Shown: positions 1-9,384, counted from the first letter of the whole stretch. The stretch: 62,679 nucleotides of DNA, filler included, from a bacterium (GCA_027004335.1; 12 parts of 12 records of this genome joined end to end with filler, not necessarily neighbours in it), one strand, 5' to 3'. Translations and numbers: made by a program. Notes: generated by a model not told the origin, from the letters alone.

Positions 1-2
1 TA

Positions 3-221
3 ACTCTGCCTTCTCCCTGGGGTGTGGGAGATAAAAGTACAGGTGTCTGGGTGGATGGGAAAGGTAATATTTGGGTAGTCGCTATGGATGTAAATTCAGG
101 AAAGATGGTTAGCGGGAAGATTCACTCAGGTTTAAATGTCATAAAGGTAAGGTATGGAATATTGAGGATCTTTGAAGAAGATGGTAAATATACAGTGAAG
201 TTGATAGGGACGCTGAGGTAA
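3..221 (+). CDS. C-terminal fragment of a beta-rich protein, possibly a beta-propeller (5' end outside window)
   Basis: Frame is open from the window start (TLPSPWGVGDKSTGVWVDGKGNIWVV) to TAA at 221; the VDGKGNIWV motif resembles propeller blades. Confidence 0.5.
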   Translation, partial: TLPSPWGVGDKSTGVWVDGKGNIWVVAMDVNSGKMVSGKIHSGLNVIKVRYGILRIFEEDGKYTVKLIGTLR

Positions 222-248
222 AAGCACTCGGTTATTAGAGTATTGGTG

Positions 249-676
249 AGGCAGTTGTCAAAAATTTTGTGTAAAAATGTAGTTTCATGCTAACTTCTCC
301 TTGTGTAAATTCTCTGATGTGTTGGTTGTTTTATACGGCTTCTTATTTCTTTAGGAAATTGGGTAAATGTGAGGTATCTATCTGCATCTTCTCTTAACTT
401 CTTTGCGAAATGAGGATGTTCTTTAGAAATGTTATTTAACTGGCGGTAAATAAAATTGCTTTCTTTACCTCATTATCTCCTTTTCTGATATCAAGCACCT
501 TAGCATCCATGGATATAAAAAGCCAAAATGAGAAGCCCATGGGGTAAAATCCGTTCTTAGAGTCTTGAATCACTTGTAAATGAATGTCTCTTTCTATCTC
601 TTTCTATCTTCATTATAAGTTTGAGAATTGCAGAAAGTAAGGTCTCTGTCAATTCTTTTGTAGCAATTGCCTGCAT
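249..676 (-). mobile_element. Collapsed IS256-family (Mutator) transposase relic with right terminal repeat
   Basis: Manual minus-strand translation gives MQAIATKELTETLLSAILKLIMKIERD / IHLQVIQDSKNGFYP, then MDAKVLDIRKGDNEVKKAILFTA (first catalytic Asp region), then YLTFTQFPKEIRSRIKTTNTSENLHKE (catalytic Glu region); end motif TTACACAAAATTTTTGACAACTGCC at about 250-274. Confidence 0.85.
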
Positions 677-704
677 TGACTTTTTATTTTTCTCATCTTA
701 AGAT
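676..704 (+). promoter_or_regulatory. Sigma-70 promoter for the TPR protein gene
   Basis: TTGACT-17 bp-TAAGAT, followed by GAGGG and ATG at 718. Confidence 0.6.
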
Positions 705-717
705 AAAAAAAGAGGGA

Positions 718-1545
718 ATGGTGAAGAATGTTATTTTGATTTTTACGGCTTTAATTCTAGTGAGCTCATTTTTGAATCCTCTGTATTCTTATAATTATCC
801 GGACTGGACGAAGGCTCAAAGGTATCTTTTTGGTGATCTTAAAAAGATGGAAGAAGCTCTTCCATTTTATATTAAACTTGCTGAGAAGAATAAAAATGAT
901 TACACTGCCCAGTGGAAAGTAGCGGAATTATGTTACTATTTATGGGAAAATTATCGTTTTGGAGGTAATCTTGCTGGTCAGTGGAAGGCAGCTAAAAATG
1001 GGTATTACTATGGGTGGAAGGGTGTTTTGTTAAACCCTAATGGGATAGAAGGTCTCTTCTGGTATGCAGCAGATAAAGGTGTCTGGGGAATTTTGAATGG
1101 ACCTTTGAACAGCTTAAAAGAAGCGGTAAAAGTGAAAAAATATCTTTTTAGGTTGAAATCACTTGATCCCCAGGCGAAGTTCGAAAAGGGAAGCTGGGCA
1201 AGGATTCTTGGTAAGGTATATGTTTTTTCTCCTCCTTTCCCTGTAGGTTTTGGAGATGTTACAGAGGGGATAAGGATATTAACTTTTGCTGTAGAGAAAT
1301 ATCCAGATTATGGGATAAACAGAAACTTCCTTGCAGAGTCTTATATGGCAATTGGAAAGATTGATGTAGCTGAAAAATTATTAAAGAAGAATGTAGAGAT
1401 ATTGAAAAAAGCTGATCAAACTATCTATGTAAATCGCAGGGATCTGAGAATCGCCAGAAATCTTCTTTTACTTATTAGAGAATATAAAGGAAAAAAGGAA
1501 AACAGGGTACCTGCCTCTGTGATTTTAGAGGCGGAATACAGGTAG
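718..1545 (+). CDS. Secreted TPR-repeat protein (TatT/BstC-like helical family)
   Basis: N-terminal signal peptide; helical repeats AQWKVAELCYY, GLFWYAA..G, RILGKVY..SP.FP..FGD, PDYGINR.FLAESY; start placed at ATG 718 by promoter and RBS. Confidence 0.6.
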   Translation: MVKNVILIFTALILVSSFLNPLYSYNYPDWTKAQRYLFGDLKKMEEALPFYIKLAEKNKNDYTAQWKVAELCYYLWENYRFGGNLAGQWKAAKNGYYYGWKGVLLNPNGIEGLFWYAADKGVWGILNGPLNSLKEAVKVKKYLFRLKSLDPQAKFEKGSWARILGKVYVFSPPFPVGFGDVTEGIRILTFAVEKYPDYGINRNFLAESYMAIGKIDVAEKLLKKNVEILKKADQTIYVNRRDLRIARNLLLLIREYKGKKENRVPASVILEAEYR

Positions 1546-1653
1546 TTGATATGCTGGTGCTAGTTTCTAATCCCATATATTAGCTTATCTCTCCTGAGGG
1601 TTTGCTCTTGATTTTAAGTTATCACTGGTTAAATTATTTAACGGAGGTTGGAT

Positions 1654-2073
1654 ATGAAGGAAAAAAAAGAAAAGATCAACGCTGAACTGGTAGAAAAACT
1701 GGAAAAGCTAAAAGAGGAGATCAAAAAAACGGGAGAGAAAACTGCTGCAGAAATTGATAAGACAATGCTGGAAATAGGAAAAGATTGGGAATATTTGATG
1801 AAGGATTTTAATGAATTTTTTAAGGATGCAGTTTCCAAGGAGCAGGTTAAGGATACGATAGCCAAAACAAAGTCATGGCTTTCTGAAACTATTAAAAATG
1901 TTGCTGGTTCATTGCTGAATATGGAGAAGGAGTTGTCAGAGCTGCATGAAACCGGCAATGATGCTCCAGCAGGTAAATATGAATGTATCAGGTGCGGTAG
2001 AACTTTTGAGCATAACGGTGGCCCTCTTCCACACTGTAAATTGTGTGGAGGAACAACATTTAAAAAGCTATAA
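1654..2073 (+). CDS. Coiled-coil plus C-terminal zinc-ribbon protein (DUF1451-like)
   Basis: GGAGG RBS; TG..A.AGKYECxxCG...LPHCxxCGGTTF motif. Confidence 0.7.
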   Translation: MKEKKEKINAELVEKLEKLKEEIKKTGEKTAAEIDKTMLEIGKDWEYLMKDFNEFFKDAVSKEQVKDTIAKTKSWLSETIKNVAGSLLNMEKELSELHETGNDAPAGKYECIRCGRTFEHNGGPLPHCKLCGGTTFKKL

Positions 2074-2103
2074 ATAAAAAACTAAAAGAAAGGGGGTGAT
2101 AGT

Positions 2104-2550
2104 ATGGCAATCACGAGATGGGATCCTTTCAAAGATCTTATGAGGCTACAGGATGAATTAAACAAACTCTTTGAAGATCAGATTGCCAGAAGAATTGGTG
2201 GAGAGGAGATTTATCCATCTTCATGGATGCCGCCTGTGGATATCTATGAAGATGAGAACAACATTACGGTAAGAGCTGATCTCCCCGGAATGGATCAGAA
2301 AGATATAGAAGTTAAGGTTGAGAATAACAATCTCATAATTAAGGGGGAGAAGAAATTTGAGGATGAAGAAAAGAGGGATAACTATCACAGGATTGAAAGA
2401 TTTTATGGCACATTTCAGAGGAGTTTTATACTCCCCGATACGGTGAATGTGGATAAAGTTAAAGCAGTCTACAAGAACGGGGTTCTTGAAGTAACAGTTC
2501 CTAAGAAACCTGAGAAGAAACCCAAACAGATCAAGGTGGAAGTCCAGTAA
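2104..2550 (+). CDS. Hsp20/alpha-crystallin small heat shock protein
   Basis: WDPF N-terminus, PPVDIYE, ADLPG, ERFYGTFQRSF, A.YKNGVLEV.VPK. Confidence 0.97.
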   Translation: MAITRWDPFKDLMRLQDELNKLFEDQIARRIGGEEIYPSSWMPPVDIYEDENNITVRADLPGMDQKDIEVKVENNNLIIKGEKKFEDEEKRDNYHRIERFYGTFQRSFILPDTVNVDKVKAVYKNGVLEVTVPKKPEKKPKQIKVEVQ

Positions 2551-2557
2551 TTGGTTT

Positions 2558-3514
2558 TCAGGCCAGCCCTACCGGGCTGGCCTTTTTTAATATCCATAGA
2601 AGAAAAATCCCACCTAAAAAGGCAGTTAAGATACCCACAGGTATTTCTCCCGAGGAAAGGATCACACGGCTCAGAGTATCGCTCCACACGATCAAAATCC
2701 CACCTCCCATGAAATTTAAGGGGATTGCAAATTCGCTTTTTCTTATTCCCCATCCCCTGAGGATATGTGGGACGATCAACCCGGCAAAGCCAATTGGCCC
2801 GGTAATAGAGACGATAATTGAAGTTAAGAGCGTGGCTCCTGCAACAGTGGCGGCCAGAAATAGTCCAAAATTTACTCCCAGAGTAATTGCTTCTTCCCTG
2901 CCCAGTGAAAGGATATTGATCTCTCTACTGATAAGAATCAGTCCCGCAATAATAAGAATTGAGATAGCATATATTACGGATAGAAGATCATAGCTCTCAG
3001 GGTAGATATTACCCATTAGCCAGTGGATGATTTCAATTACTTTTCCTCCGGGGGATATGTAGTACAGGAAAAGGATTACTGAAGAGAATATAACACTTAC
3101 TGTTATTCCTGCAATGATCAGGGTGTTCCTATCCATGATTTTTTTCTGTAATGCCAGAAGATATGCTATTATCACTCCTGTCATTCCTCCTACAAACGCG
3201 GTGAAGCTTCCCATGGCAAAACTTCCGCCAAGGAGGAGGGTGATTATAAAACCCAGTGATGCTCCTGAAGAGATACCCAGAGTGTAAGGAGTGGCAAGTG
3301 GGTTGACCAAGATGGTCTGAAGCAGGAAACCAGCTATTGCAAGATTACCGCCGGCGACCATACCCACCAGGGTTCTCGGTACCCGTAGAGTTAGAAGAAT
3401 TTTTCTATGGAATAGATCAAGATGAAACGGGTCTATGCTGATTTTGCCGATAAAGGGGGCAATTATAATTGTTGCCAGCCATGCAACTGTAATTACAGCG
3501 ATTTTTTTTCTCAC
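2558..3514 (-). CDS. Fe-siderophore/cobalamin ABC transporter permease (FecCD/BtuC family)
   Basis: LRVPR, NPLATPYTLGISSGA, EEAITLGV, GPIGFAGLIVPH, EIPVGILTA motifs. Confidence 0.93.
   Translation of the reverse strand: MRKKIAVITVAWLATIIIAPFIGKISIDPFHLDLFHRKILLTLRVPRTLVGMVAGGNLAIAGFLLQTILVNPLATPYTLGISSGASLGFIITLLLGGSFAMGSFTAFVGGMTGVIIAYLLALQKKIMDRNTLIIAGITVSVIFSSVILFLYYISPGGKVIEIIHWLMGNIYPESYDLLSVIYAISILIIAGLILISREINILSLGREEAITLGVNFGLFLAATVAGATLLTSIIVSITGPIGFAGLIVPHILRGWGIRKSEFAIPLNFMGGGILIVWSDTLSRVILSSGEIPVGILTAFLGGIFLLWILKKASPVGLA
2560..2588 (+). terminator. Intrinsic terminator of the hsp20 operon
   Basis: AGGCCAGCCC-TACC-GGGCTGGCCT followed by a T tract, 10 nt after the hsp20 stop. Confidence 0.85.
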
Positions 3515-4302
3515 TTTTCTTCCTCTACCGGGATAGGGTATCTGAGAAGCGATATTACAGGTTTTTTAGTTCCGGGATAGAGAGTGTAATAAACCTCTAC
3601 CCCGAAGTACTCCTGGATATTTTTATATGTAAGAATATCTTCAGGGTTTCCTGATCTTTTTATTTCCCCTTTATACATTATTGCCACCGCGTCTGAGTAA
3701 AGGGAAGCTGTGTTGAGATCGTGCGTTACCATTACCATTGTTTTGCCCTGCTCTTTTAAATTCAGAATGAGATTGAGGAGAAGATTTATATGTTTTAAAT
3801 CGAGGAAAGTACCAGTTTCATCCAGTAGAATAACAGGTGTATCCTGTAGAAGTGCACGGGCAATGAGAACCATTCTCTGTTCTCCACCACTCAGGCTGCT
3901 AAATGGTTTCTTGAGTATAGCTTCTATACCCAGGTACATTACGGTTTTATCAAATAGTTCCTTATTTTTTGAGATACCCCCAAGTGGAGAAGAGTGGGGG
4001 TACCTCCCCATGCATATCACATCTTCCACCAGAAAGGGTAGTGCAGGATTTATGTTCTGTGGGACATAGGAGATAAATCTCGCCCTGTTTCTTGTAGATA
4101 GCAAATTTAGACTTTTGCCGTTCCAGAGAATCTCTCCCTCCCATGGTCTATAAATGCCTGCTATGAGTTTGAGTAGGGTTGTTTTCCCTGCACCGTTTGG
4201 TCCAACAAAGCTAAAGATAGTTCCCTCTGGAATTTTGAGATTTATATTGTTTAGTAATTTCTTGTTTTCAAAGCCAAAAGTAGTATCTTTTACTTCAAGC
4301 AA
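3511..4302 (-). CDS. Fe-siderophore/cobalamin ABC transporter ATPase
   Basis: Walker A GPNGAGKT, LSGGEQR signature, LLDE, HDLN. Confidence 0.93.
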   Translation of the reverse strand: MLEVKDTTFGFENKKLLNNINLKIPEGTIFSFVGPNGAGKTTLLKLIAGIYRPWEGEILWNGKSLNLLSTRNRARFISYVPQNINPALPFLVEDVICMGRYPHSSPLGGISKNKELFDKTVMYLGIEAILKKPFSSLSGGEQRMVLIARALLQDTPVILLDETGTFLDLKHINLLLNLILNLKEQGKTMVMVTHDLNTASLYSDAVAIMYKGEIKRSGNPEDILTYKNIQEYFGVEVYYTLYPGTKKPVISLLRYPIPVEEEK

Positions 4303-5201
4303 TTTACTTTTCCTTTCAGTGGATTACCTAAAATTTTTCTTAAAATAATAACGGATTTTACAATTCCGGGTCCAGGTATTGTTAATTCCGGGTCGTTAAT
4401 TTTTTTTATGTTGAATTTTTCCAGGAGGGAATTATCTATTTTTTTCATAGAGAGGTTTAGCACAATATCTGGATTGAGTTTTAGAATGTCTTCAATGGAG
4501 AACTGAGGATATGGAATCCTGGATCTTACCACATTTATTCCCCCTGCCAGTTTAACAACCTCACTTACAAAACTTTTTTCGCCAGCTACAAAAAACTTAT
4601 TTCCAACAACATCCAGAATTATCACAACTCTTACAGATCTGCTATTTTTAACATTTATCTGTTTAAGGCAGTTTTTAATTTTTGTTCTTAATAGAATTGC
4701 CTTTTTTTCTATACCAAGGAACCTGCCAATTTTTAATATTGAATCCAGGATATCATCTATGGTCTGATCTTTTATCGTCAATGTTTTTATACCGAATTCA
4801 GATAGTTGTTTTAAATATCTTTCCTGGTATGTAGCTCCAATTACTTTATCAGGTCTTAGTGAAATTATCTTTTCCACATCTGGTCTATAGTAGGGTCCTA
4901 TTTCAGGTAATTTTTTTCTCCATGGGGGAAATCTTGTTCTTTCCGGTACCCCAGCAATCTCATTTCCCGTACCGAGATCATAGAGGATTTCATTTATTGC
5001 TGGAGTGAGACCAATTATTTTTTCTCCCCATACACTGGTGGGTAGAACTATGAGTGTTAAGATCAAGATCAGTGGTGATATGGATGTCCCGAGAGAATTG
5101 TGTGAGCTCTGTATGTCTGTTCCAGAAGAAAAAGCAGTGCCATCTGGTGTGGCAAAGTCATCCTGGAAAGTGAGAGAAAGTAGTTTCCTTTCTTTTTCCA
5201 T
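4290..5201 (-). CDS. Cobalamin/Fe-chelate periplasmic binding protein (BtuF-like); start uncertain (ATG 5201 or about 5066)
   Basis: IIGLTPAINEILYDLG, PDVEKIISLRPD, E.ILKLNPD, PGP motifs; hydrophobic signal segment; overlaps rlmH. Confidence 0.85.
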   Translation of the reverse strand: MEKERKLLSLTFQDDFATPDGTAFSSGTDIQSSHNSLGTSISPLILILTLIVLPTSVWGEKIIGLTPAINEILYDLGTGNEIAGVPERTRFPPWRKKLPEIGPYYRPDVEKIISLRPDKVIGATYQERYLKQLSEFGIKTLTIKDQTIDDILDSILKIGRFLGIEKKAILLRTKIKNCLKQINVKNSRSVRVVIILDVVGNKFFVAGEKSFVSEVVKLAGGINVVRSRIPYPQFSIEDILKLNPDIVLNLSMKKIDNSLLEKFNIKKINDPELTIPGPGIVKSVIILRKILGNPLKGKVNCLK

Positions 5202-5476
5202 TCCTCCTTTACTCCATAGGGTCCACCAATTACAAATGTGATTTCCTTTTTTTCATTTTCCCATCTGTAAAGCAGTTCTGCAAATTTCTCTGATGAAAGT
5301 TGTATCCCGTTTTCGTCAAGAATAACTGTGAAGTTTCCCTCTGATGGTTTTGCATTCTCCGAATGGATCAGGGTGGTTTTCCACCTTCCGGAAATTCTTC
5401 TCATATACTCTTTCACCTGTTCCTGGCCCCACCATTCCCCGGGGAGTCTGGCAAGTAAGATTACTTTGATTTTCAT
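5069..5476 (-). CDS. rlmH: 23S rRNA pseudouridine-1915 N3-methyltransferase
   Basis: LDENG..LSSEKFA, FVIGGPYG, SLSRMTLPHQMA...LLEQ.YRA.TI..GHPYH. Confidence 0.95.
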   Translation of the reverse strand: MKIKVILLARLPGEWWGQEQVKEYMRRISGRWKTTLIHSENAKPSEGNFTVILDENGIQLSSEKFAELLYRWENEKKEITFVIGGPYGVKEEWKKKGNYFLSLSRMTLPHQMALLFLLEQTYRAHTILSGHPYHH

Positions 5477-5844
5477 CTTTCTCCGATTTCTCCATCATCC
5501 TCCACACCATATTTTGGCGCATCAAACCAGAGATGTTCAAGGTCGTACAGCTCTCTAAATTCCTCCAGGAAGATGTGAGCTATAACATCTCCGTAATCCA
5601 TCACAATCCAGTGATTAAAGGGTACTCCTTCAATTCCCAGTGGATAGTAGCCTCTTAATTTCATCTTTTTCTCAATTTCTTCCATTATTGCACCAGCATG
5701 TGTAGTGGAGTTAGCAGTGGTCAGTACAAAGTAATCGGTTATAGTGAGCCCCTTCATATCCATTATGAGAGTATCTTTCCCTTTTTTGGCCCTTATAGTT
5801 TCAGCAATAACCTTGACTATCCTTGGTATCCTTCCCATTTTCAC
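5473..5844 (-). CDS. rsfS: Ribosome silencing factor
   Basis: KKG.D, TDYFV, WIVMDYGDVIAHIF...R..YDLE.LW; lies between nadD and rlmH. Confidence 0.95.
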   Translation of the reverse strand: MKMGRIPRIVKVIAETIRAKKGKDTLIMDMKGLTITDYFVLTTANSTTHAGAIMEEIEKKMKLRGYYPLGIEGVPFNHWIVMDYGDVIAHIFLEEFRELYDLEHLWFDAPKYGVEDDGEIGER

Positions 5845-6524
5845 TCCATGTAGAGAGAATTTTTTTCAATTATCTCTATTACTGCATCAGGTAAAAGATA
5901 TTTAATAGATTTACCCTCTCTCACATTTTTTCTTATTTCAGAAGAGGAAATTTCTAACAGAGTGAAATCAAAAAATAGGATTGAGTTACCACTTTTTTTG
6001 TGGATTAATTTTCTTTTTTTAAAATCCACTTCAAATTCCTCTATTGTTTTTTCATCAAATGGAGGGAAAAATTCTTCTCTTTTTTCAAATAAAATGGTTG
6101 AATGTCTTGGCCTCCTTGCCACGACGAAGTTTGCAAGAGGGAAGAGTTCCATGAAATTCTTCCATGTATGTAGATTCTTGAATGAGTCCATTCCAATTAT
6201 AAAAAATATTTCATCCCCGGAGTATTTTTCTCTGAGGTCTCTGAGGGTATCCACTGTGTAACTTGGTCTGTCAATGTCGAGGTCGTGAGTTTCAATGTCA
6301 AAATTAAAATTATCCTCAATGGCAGCTCTTATTATCTGGATTCTAATTCCGGGTGAAGTTATTTTTCTTCCCAGTTTGTGAGGAGGGATTTTTGATGGTA
6401 AAAAATAAACTCTTTCCAGGTTAAATGTAAAGTATGCTTCTTCGGCAAGCCTTAGATGTCCATAGTGTATCGGATCAAAAGTCCCTCCCAGAAATCCTAT
6501 TTTCCTATTCACGGATCTGTCCAT
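5841..6524 (-). CDS. nadD: Nicotinate-nucleotide adenylyltransferase
   Basis: GGTFDPIHYGH, PPHK, SYTVDTL, IIGMD, ISSSEIR. Confidence 0.97.
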   Translation of the reverse strand: MDRSVNRKIGFLGGTFDPIHYGHLRLAEEAYFTFNLERVYFLPSKIPPHKLGRKITSPGIRIQIIRAAIEDNFNFDIETHDLDIDRPSYTVDTLRDLREKYSGDEIFFIIGMDSFKNLHTWKNFMELFPLANFVVARRPRHSTILFEKREEFFPPFDEKTIEEFEVDFKKRKLIHKKSGNSILFFDFTLLEISSSEIRKNVREGKSIKYLLPDAVIEIIEKNSLYME

Positions 6525-7761
6525 TCCCCAGAATTACAAATTTTTCCACAGTTAGTGCCTCAAGTCCCATTGGCCCATATGAATGAAGCCTCGTAGTGTT
6601 TATTCCGATCTCGGCCCCCAGCCCTAATTCATAACCATCACTCCATCTGGTTGAAGCATTTACCAAGACTGTTGATGAATTAACCTCTCTTAAAAATTTT
6701 CCTGCCTTCTGGTAATTTTCTGTGATAATAGACTCAGTGTGGGAGGAACCATATTTCTCAATGTGCTGGATTGCTTCATCTATATCTTTTACCACTTTTA
6801 CAGCTAAAATAAGATCCAGAAATTCCGCATAGTAATCCTCTTCAATAACTTCTTTAGCACGAGGAAGAATTTTTCTGGTTATTTCGCATCCCCTGATTTC
6901 TACTCCAGCTTTTTGATAAAGTTCATCTATCATGGGGAGGAATTTTTCCGCAATGTCTTTATGCACAAGAAGTGTTTCCATTGCGTTGCACACAGCAGGT
7001 CTCTGCACTTTTGCATTATATGCAATTTTTACCGCCATATCCAGATCAGCCTCATTATCAACATACACATGGCATACACCTTTGTAGTGCTTTAAAACAG
7101 GAATCCTTGAATTTTCTGTTACGAATCTGATCAGGCCTTCGCCCCCTCTCGGTATTATGAGGTCAATATATTCATCCTGCTGGAGCATTACTTTTATAGC
7201 CTCTCTATCGGTAACCGGGATTACCTGCACAATCTCAGGGGGGAGCCCCGATTTTTCTATCCCTTTTTGAAAAAGTTCTCCCATGATTCTGTTTGAATTT
7301 ATCGCTTCACTCCCACCCCTTAAAATTACAGCGTTACCAGATTTAAAAGTGAGACTTGCTGCATCAATGGTTACATTGGGTCTTGATTCATATATGATCC
7401 CGATTACACCGAGGGGTATTCTCATTTTATTGACAATGAGGCCGTTGGGTCTTCTCCATGTTTTTGTGATCTCCCCCACAGGGTCAGGAAGAGCTGCCAC
7501 CTGTTTCAGTCCATCGATCATTGTGGCGATTCTCTTGTCAGTTAATTCAAGCCTGTCAAGGAGCGGCTTAGAAAGTCCTTTCTCCTCTCCTGCAATGAGA
7601 TCTTTTCTGTTTTCTTCCTTTATTTTTTCAGCATTTTCCTCAATAAGGGAAGCCACATTAAAAAGTACATCGTTTTTAATTTTTGTTTCCGCCCTTGCAA
7701 TTTTTGGTGAAACCTCTTTTGATTTTCTGGCAATTTCTGTTACAAGTGTTTTTAATTCCAT
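6505..7761 (-). CDS. proA: Gamma-glutamyl phosphate reductase
   Basis: PLGVIGIIYESRPNVT, IPRGGEGL, VCNAMETLL, GPMGLEALT. Confidence 0.98.
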   Translation of the reverse strand: MELKTLVTEIARKSKEVSPKIARAETKIKNDVLFNVASLIEENAEKIKEENRKDLIAGEEKGLSKPLLDRLELTDKRIATMIDGLKQVAALPDPVGEITKTWRRPNGLIVNKMRIPLGVIGIIYESRPNVTIDAASLTFKSGNAVILRGGSEAINSNRIMGELFQKGIEKSGLPPEIVQVIPVTDREAIKVMLQQDEYIDLIIPRGGEGLIRFVTENSRIPVLKHYKGVCHVYVDNEADLDMAVKIAYNAKVQRPAVCNAMETLLVHKDIAEKFLPMIDELYQKAGVEIRGCEITRKILPRAKEVIEEDYYAEFLDLILAVKVVKDIDEAIQHIEKYGSSHTESIITENYQKAGKFLREVNSSTVLVNASTRWSDGYELGLGAEIGINTTRLHSYGPMGLEALTVEKFVILGNGQIRE

Positions 7762-8900
7762 CTTCTTTCTCCTCCACTTTCTTCCATTATTACCATTTTA
7801 TCTCTGTGGGTCACCTCTTCTGCAAAAAAATACCCCAGAATTTTTTCAATTTCAGCTGAGTTATGTCCTTTTATTTTTAAAATTTCCTCACTGTTATACT
7901 CACTCAACCCCCTTGCTATTTCGTTACCATTTTCATCTAATATACCCACAATATCTCCCCTTGTAAAACTGCCTGTTACATCTTTGATCCCGGAGGGAAG
8001 CAGACTTTTTCCCTTTTTTAATGCAGTAACAGCTCCCGAGTCAATAATAACCGCTCCTTTAGGTTTTGACATTGTAGCAAGCCAGAGTTTTTTGGACCTC
8101 ATTTTTTTCTTTCTGGGAAGAACGAGAGTTCCCTTTTCCTCACCACTCAGAATTTTTTGAATTATATTTTCTTTCTTGCCATTCGCAATTATCGTGGGGA
8201 TCCCCTTCAGTGACGCTTCGTATGCGGCGGTGAGTTTTGTAAACATACCCCCGGTTCCCACGGGAGTTGGAAGGGATCTTTTAAATTTTTCAATGAATTT
8301 GCGGTCAATATGAGATATGCATTTTATCAGTTCTGCATCACTGTTTTTAGCAGGATCTCCTGTGTAAACACCATCTACATCTGTGAGAATAATAAGTATA
8401 TCCGCCTCTATTAGAATTGCAACTTTCGCTGAGAGAGAATCATTATCTCCCAGCGTTATTTCCTCCACCGTCACTGTATCATTTTCATTTACCACAGGGA
8501 TAACATTCATGGAAAATAGTTTGTCAAAGGTATTAACAGCATTCAGGAATCTGCTCCTCACGCCGAGGTCTTCTCCTGTAAGGAGGATCTGTGCCACTCT
8601 TTTCCCATATTTCTCAAAGAGTTTCTCATATGTTCTTATAAGATGGCTCTGTCCAATGGCTGCCAGCGCTTGCTTCACAGGAATACTTGAAGGGATTCTC
8701 TCAATCCCCATTCTCTTCATACCTGCTCCTATTGCTCCAGAAGATACAATTACGACATTGGAGATTCCAGCTCCTTCAACCTGCTGTGCGATATTCTCAA
8801 TAAAATCTTCATCTAATCCCGCTTCTGAAGAGACAATCACCCTTGTCCCAATTTTGATAACAACTTTATTTAACCTTTCAGGAATTTCCCATTTGCACAT
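7752..8900 (-). CDS. proB: Glutamate 5-kinase
   Basis: VIKIGT, VSSGAI, NENDTV, GDNDSLSA, GTGGM.TK, C-terminal PUA domain. Confidence 0.98.
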   Translation of the reverse strand: MCKWEIPERLNKVVIKIGTRVIVSSEAGLDEDFIENIAQQVEGAGISNVVIVSSGAIGAGMKRMGIERIPSSIPVKQALAAIGQSHLIRTYEKLFEKYGKRVAQILLTGEDLGVRSRFLNAVNTFDKLFSMNVIPVVNENDTVTVEEITLGDNDSLSAKVAILIEADILIILTDVDGVYTGDPAKNSDAELIKCISHIDRKFIEKFKRSLPTPVGTGGMFTKLTAAYEASLKGIPTIIANGKKENIIQKILSGEEKGTLVLPRKKKMRSKKLWLATMSKPKGAVIIDSGAVTALKKGKSLLPSGIKDVTGSFTRGDIVGILDENGNEIARGLSEYNSEEILKIKGHNSAEIEKILGYFFAEEVTHRDKMVIMEESGGERRWN

Positions 8901-9384
8901 TTTTGAGCTCTTTTACCATCTCCTTGAGTTTTGTAATTACTTCTTTTACTCCTTCTCCTGTGGCGGCGGAGATAGCAAAAACCTCCCTCTCAGTTTTATC
9001 TGCCAGTTTTTTCAAGAGATCAGGAAGTTTTTCTCTCTCTTCAGGGGAGAGAGTGTCAATTTTGTTAATAACAATTGTTTCCTTTTTATCCAGCAATTCC
9101 TTTTTAAACTCTCTAAGCTCCTTTCGTATGTTATAGTATTTTTCAACGATTTTTTCAATGCTTTTATTCTCGTAGATGTCGATCATATGGAGGATCACCT
9201 CTGTTCTTTCAATGTGTCTTAAAAATCTTGTTCCTAGACCTTTACCATATGCTGCCCCTTCTACTAGTCCCGGTATATCTGCAATTACAAAACTGAAGTC
9301 GTCAAATTTAACAGTGCCAAGGTGAGGAGTAAGTGTTGTAAAAGGGTAGGGAGCAACTTCAGGTTTTGCATTACTTACTGCTGA
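8878..9384 (-). CDS. obgE: GTPase ObgE, C-terminal part (5' end cut by contig edge)
   Basis: Frame continues upstream of the ORF call: APYPFTTL.PHLG, ADIPGLVEGA..GKGLG.RFLRHIERT, NKID, ISAATGEG. Confidence 0.95.
   Translation of the reverse strand, partial: SAVSNAKPEVAPYPFTTLTPHLGTVKFDDFSFVIADIPGLVEGAAYGKGLGTRFLRHIERTEVILHMIDIYENKSIEKIVEKYYNIRKELREFKKELLDKKETIVINKIDTLSPEEREKLPDLLKKLADKTEREVFAISAATGEGVKEVITKLKEMVKELKNVQMGNS

Noticed and set aside
221-246. CIRCE-like sequence AAGCACTC-N8-GAGTATT
   Set aside because: Spacer is 8 rather than 9, the right arm mismatches, and it is not upstream of a heat-shock gene
5069-5476. Cobalamin riboswitch ahead of the btuF-like gene
   Set aside because: The upstream DNA is entirely rlmH coding sequence and no B12 box was seen
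7283-9222. Long plus-strand ORFs 7283-7966 and 8383-9222, and similar ORFs opposite other genes
   Set aside because: Antisense shadows of proA, proB and obgE; Ser/Phe/Ile-rich mirror composition and no motifs
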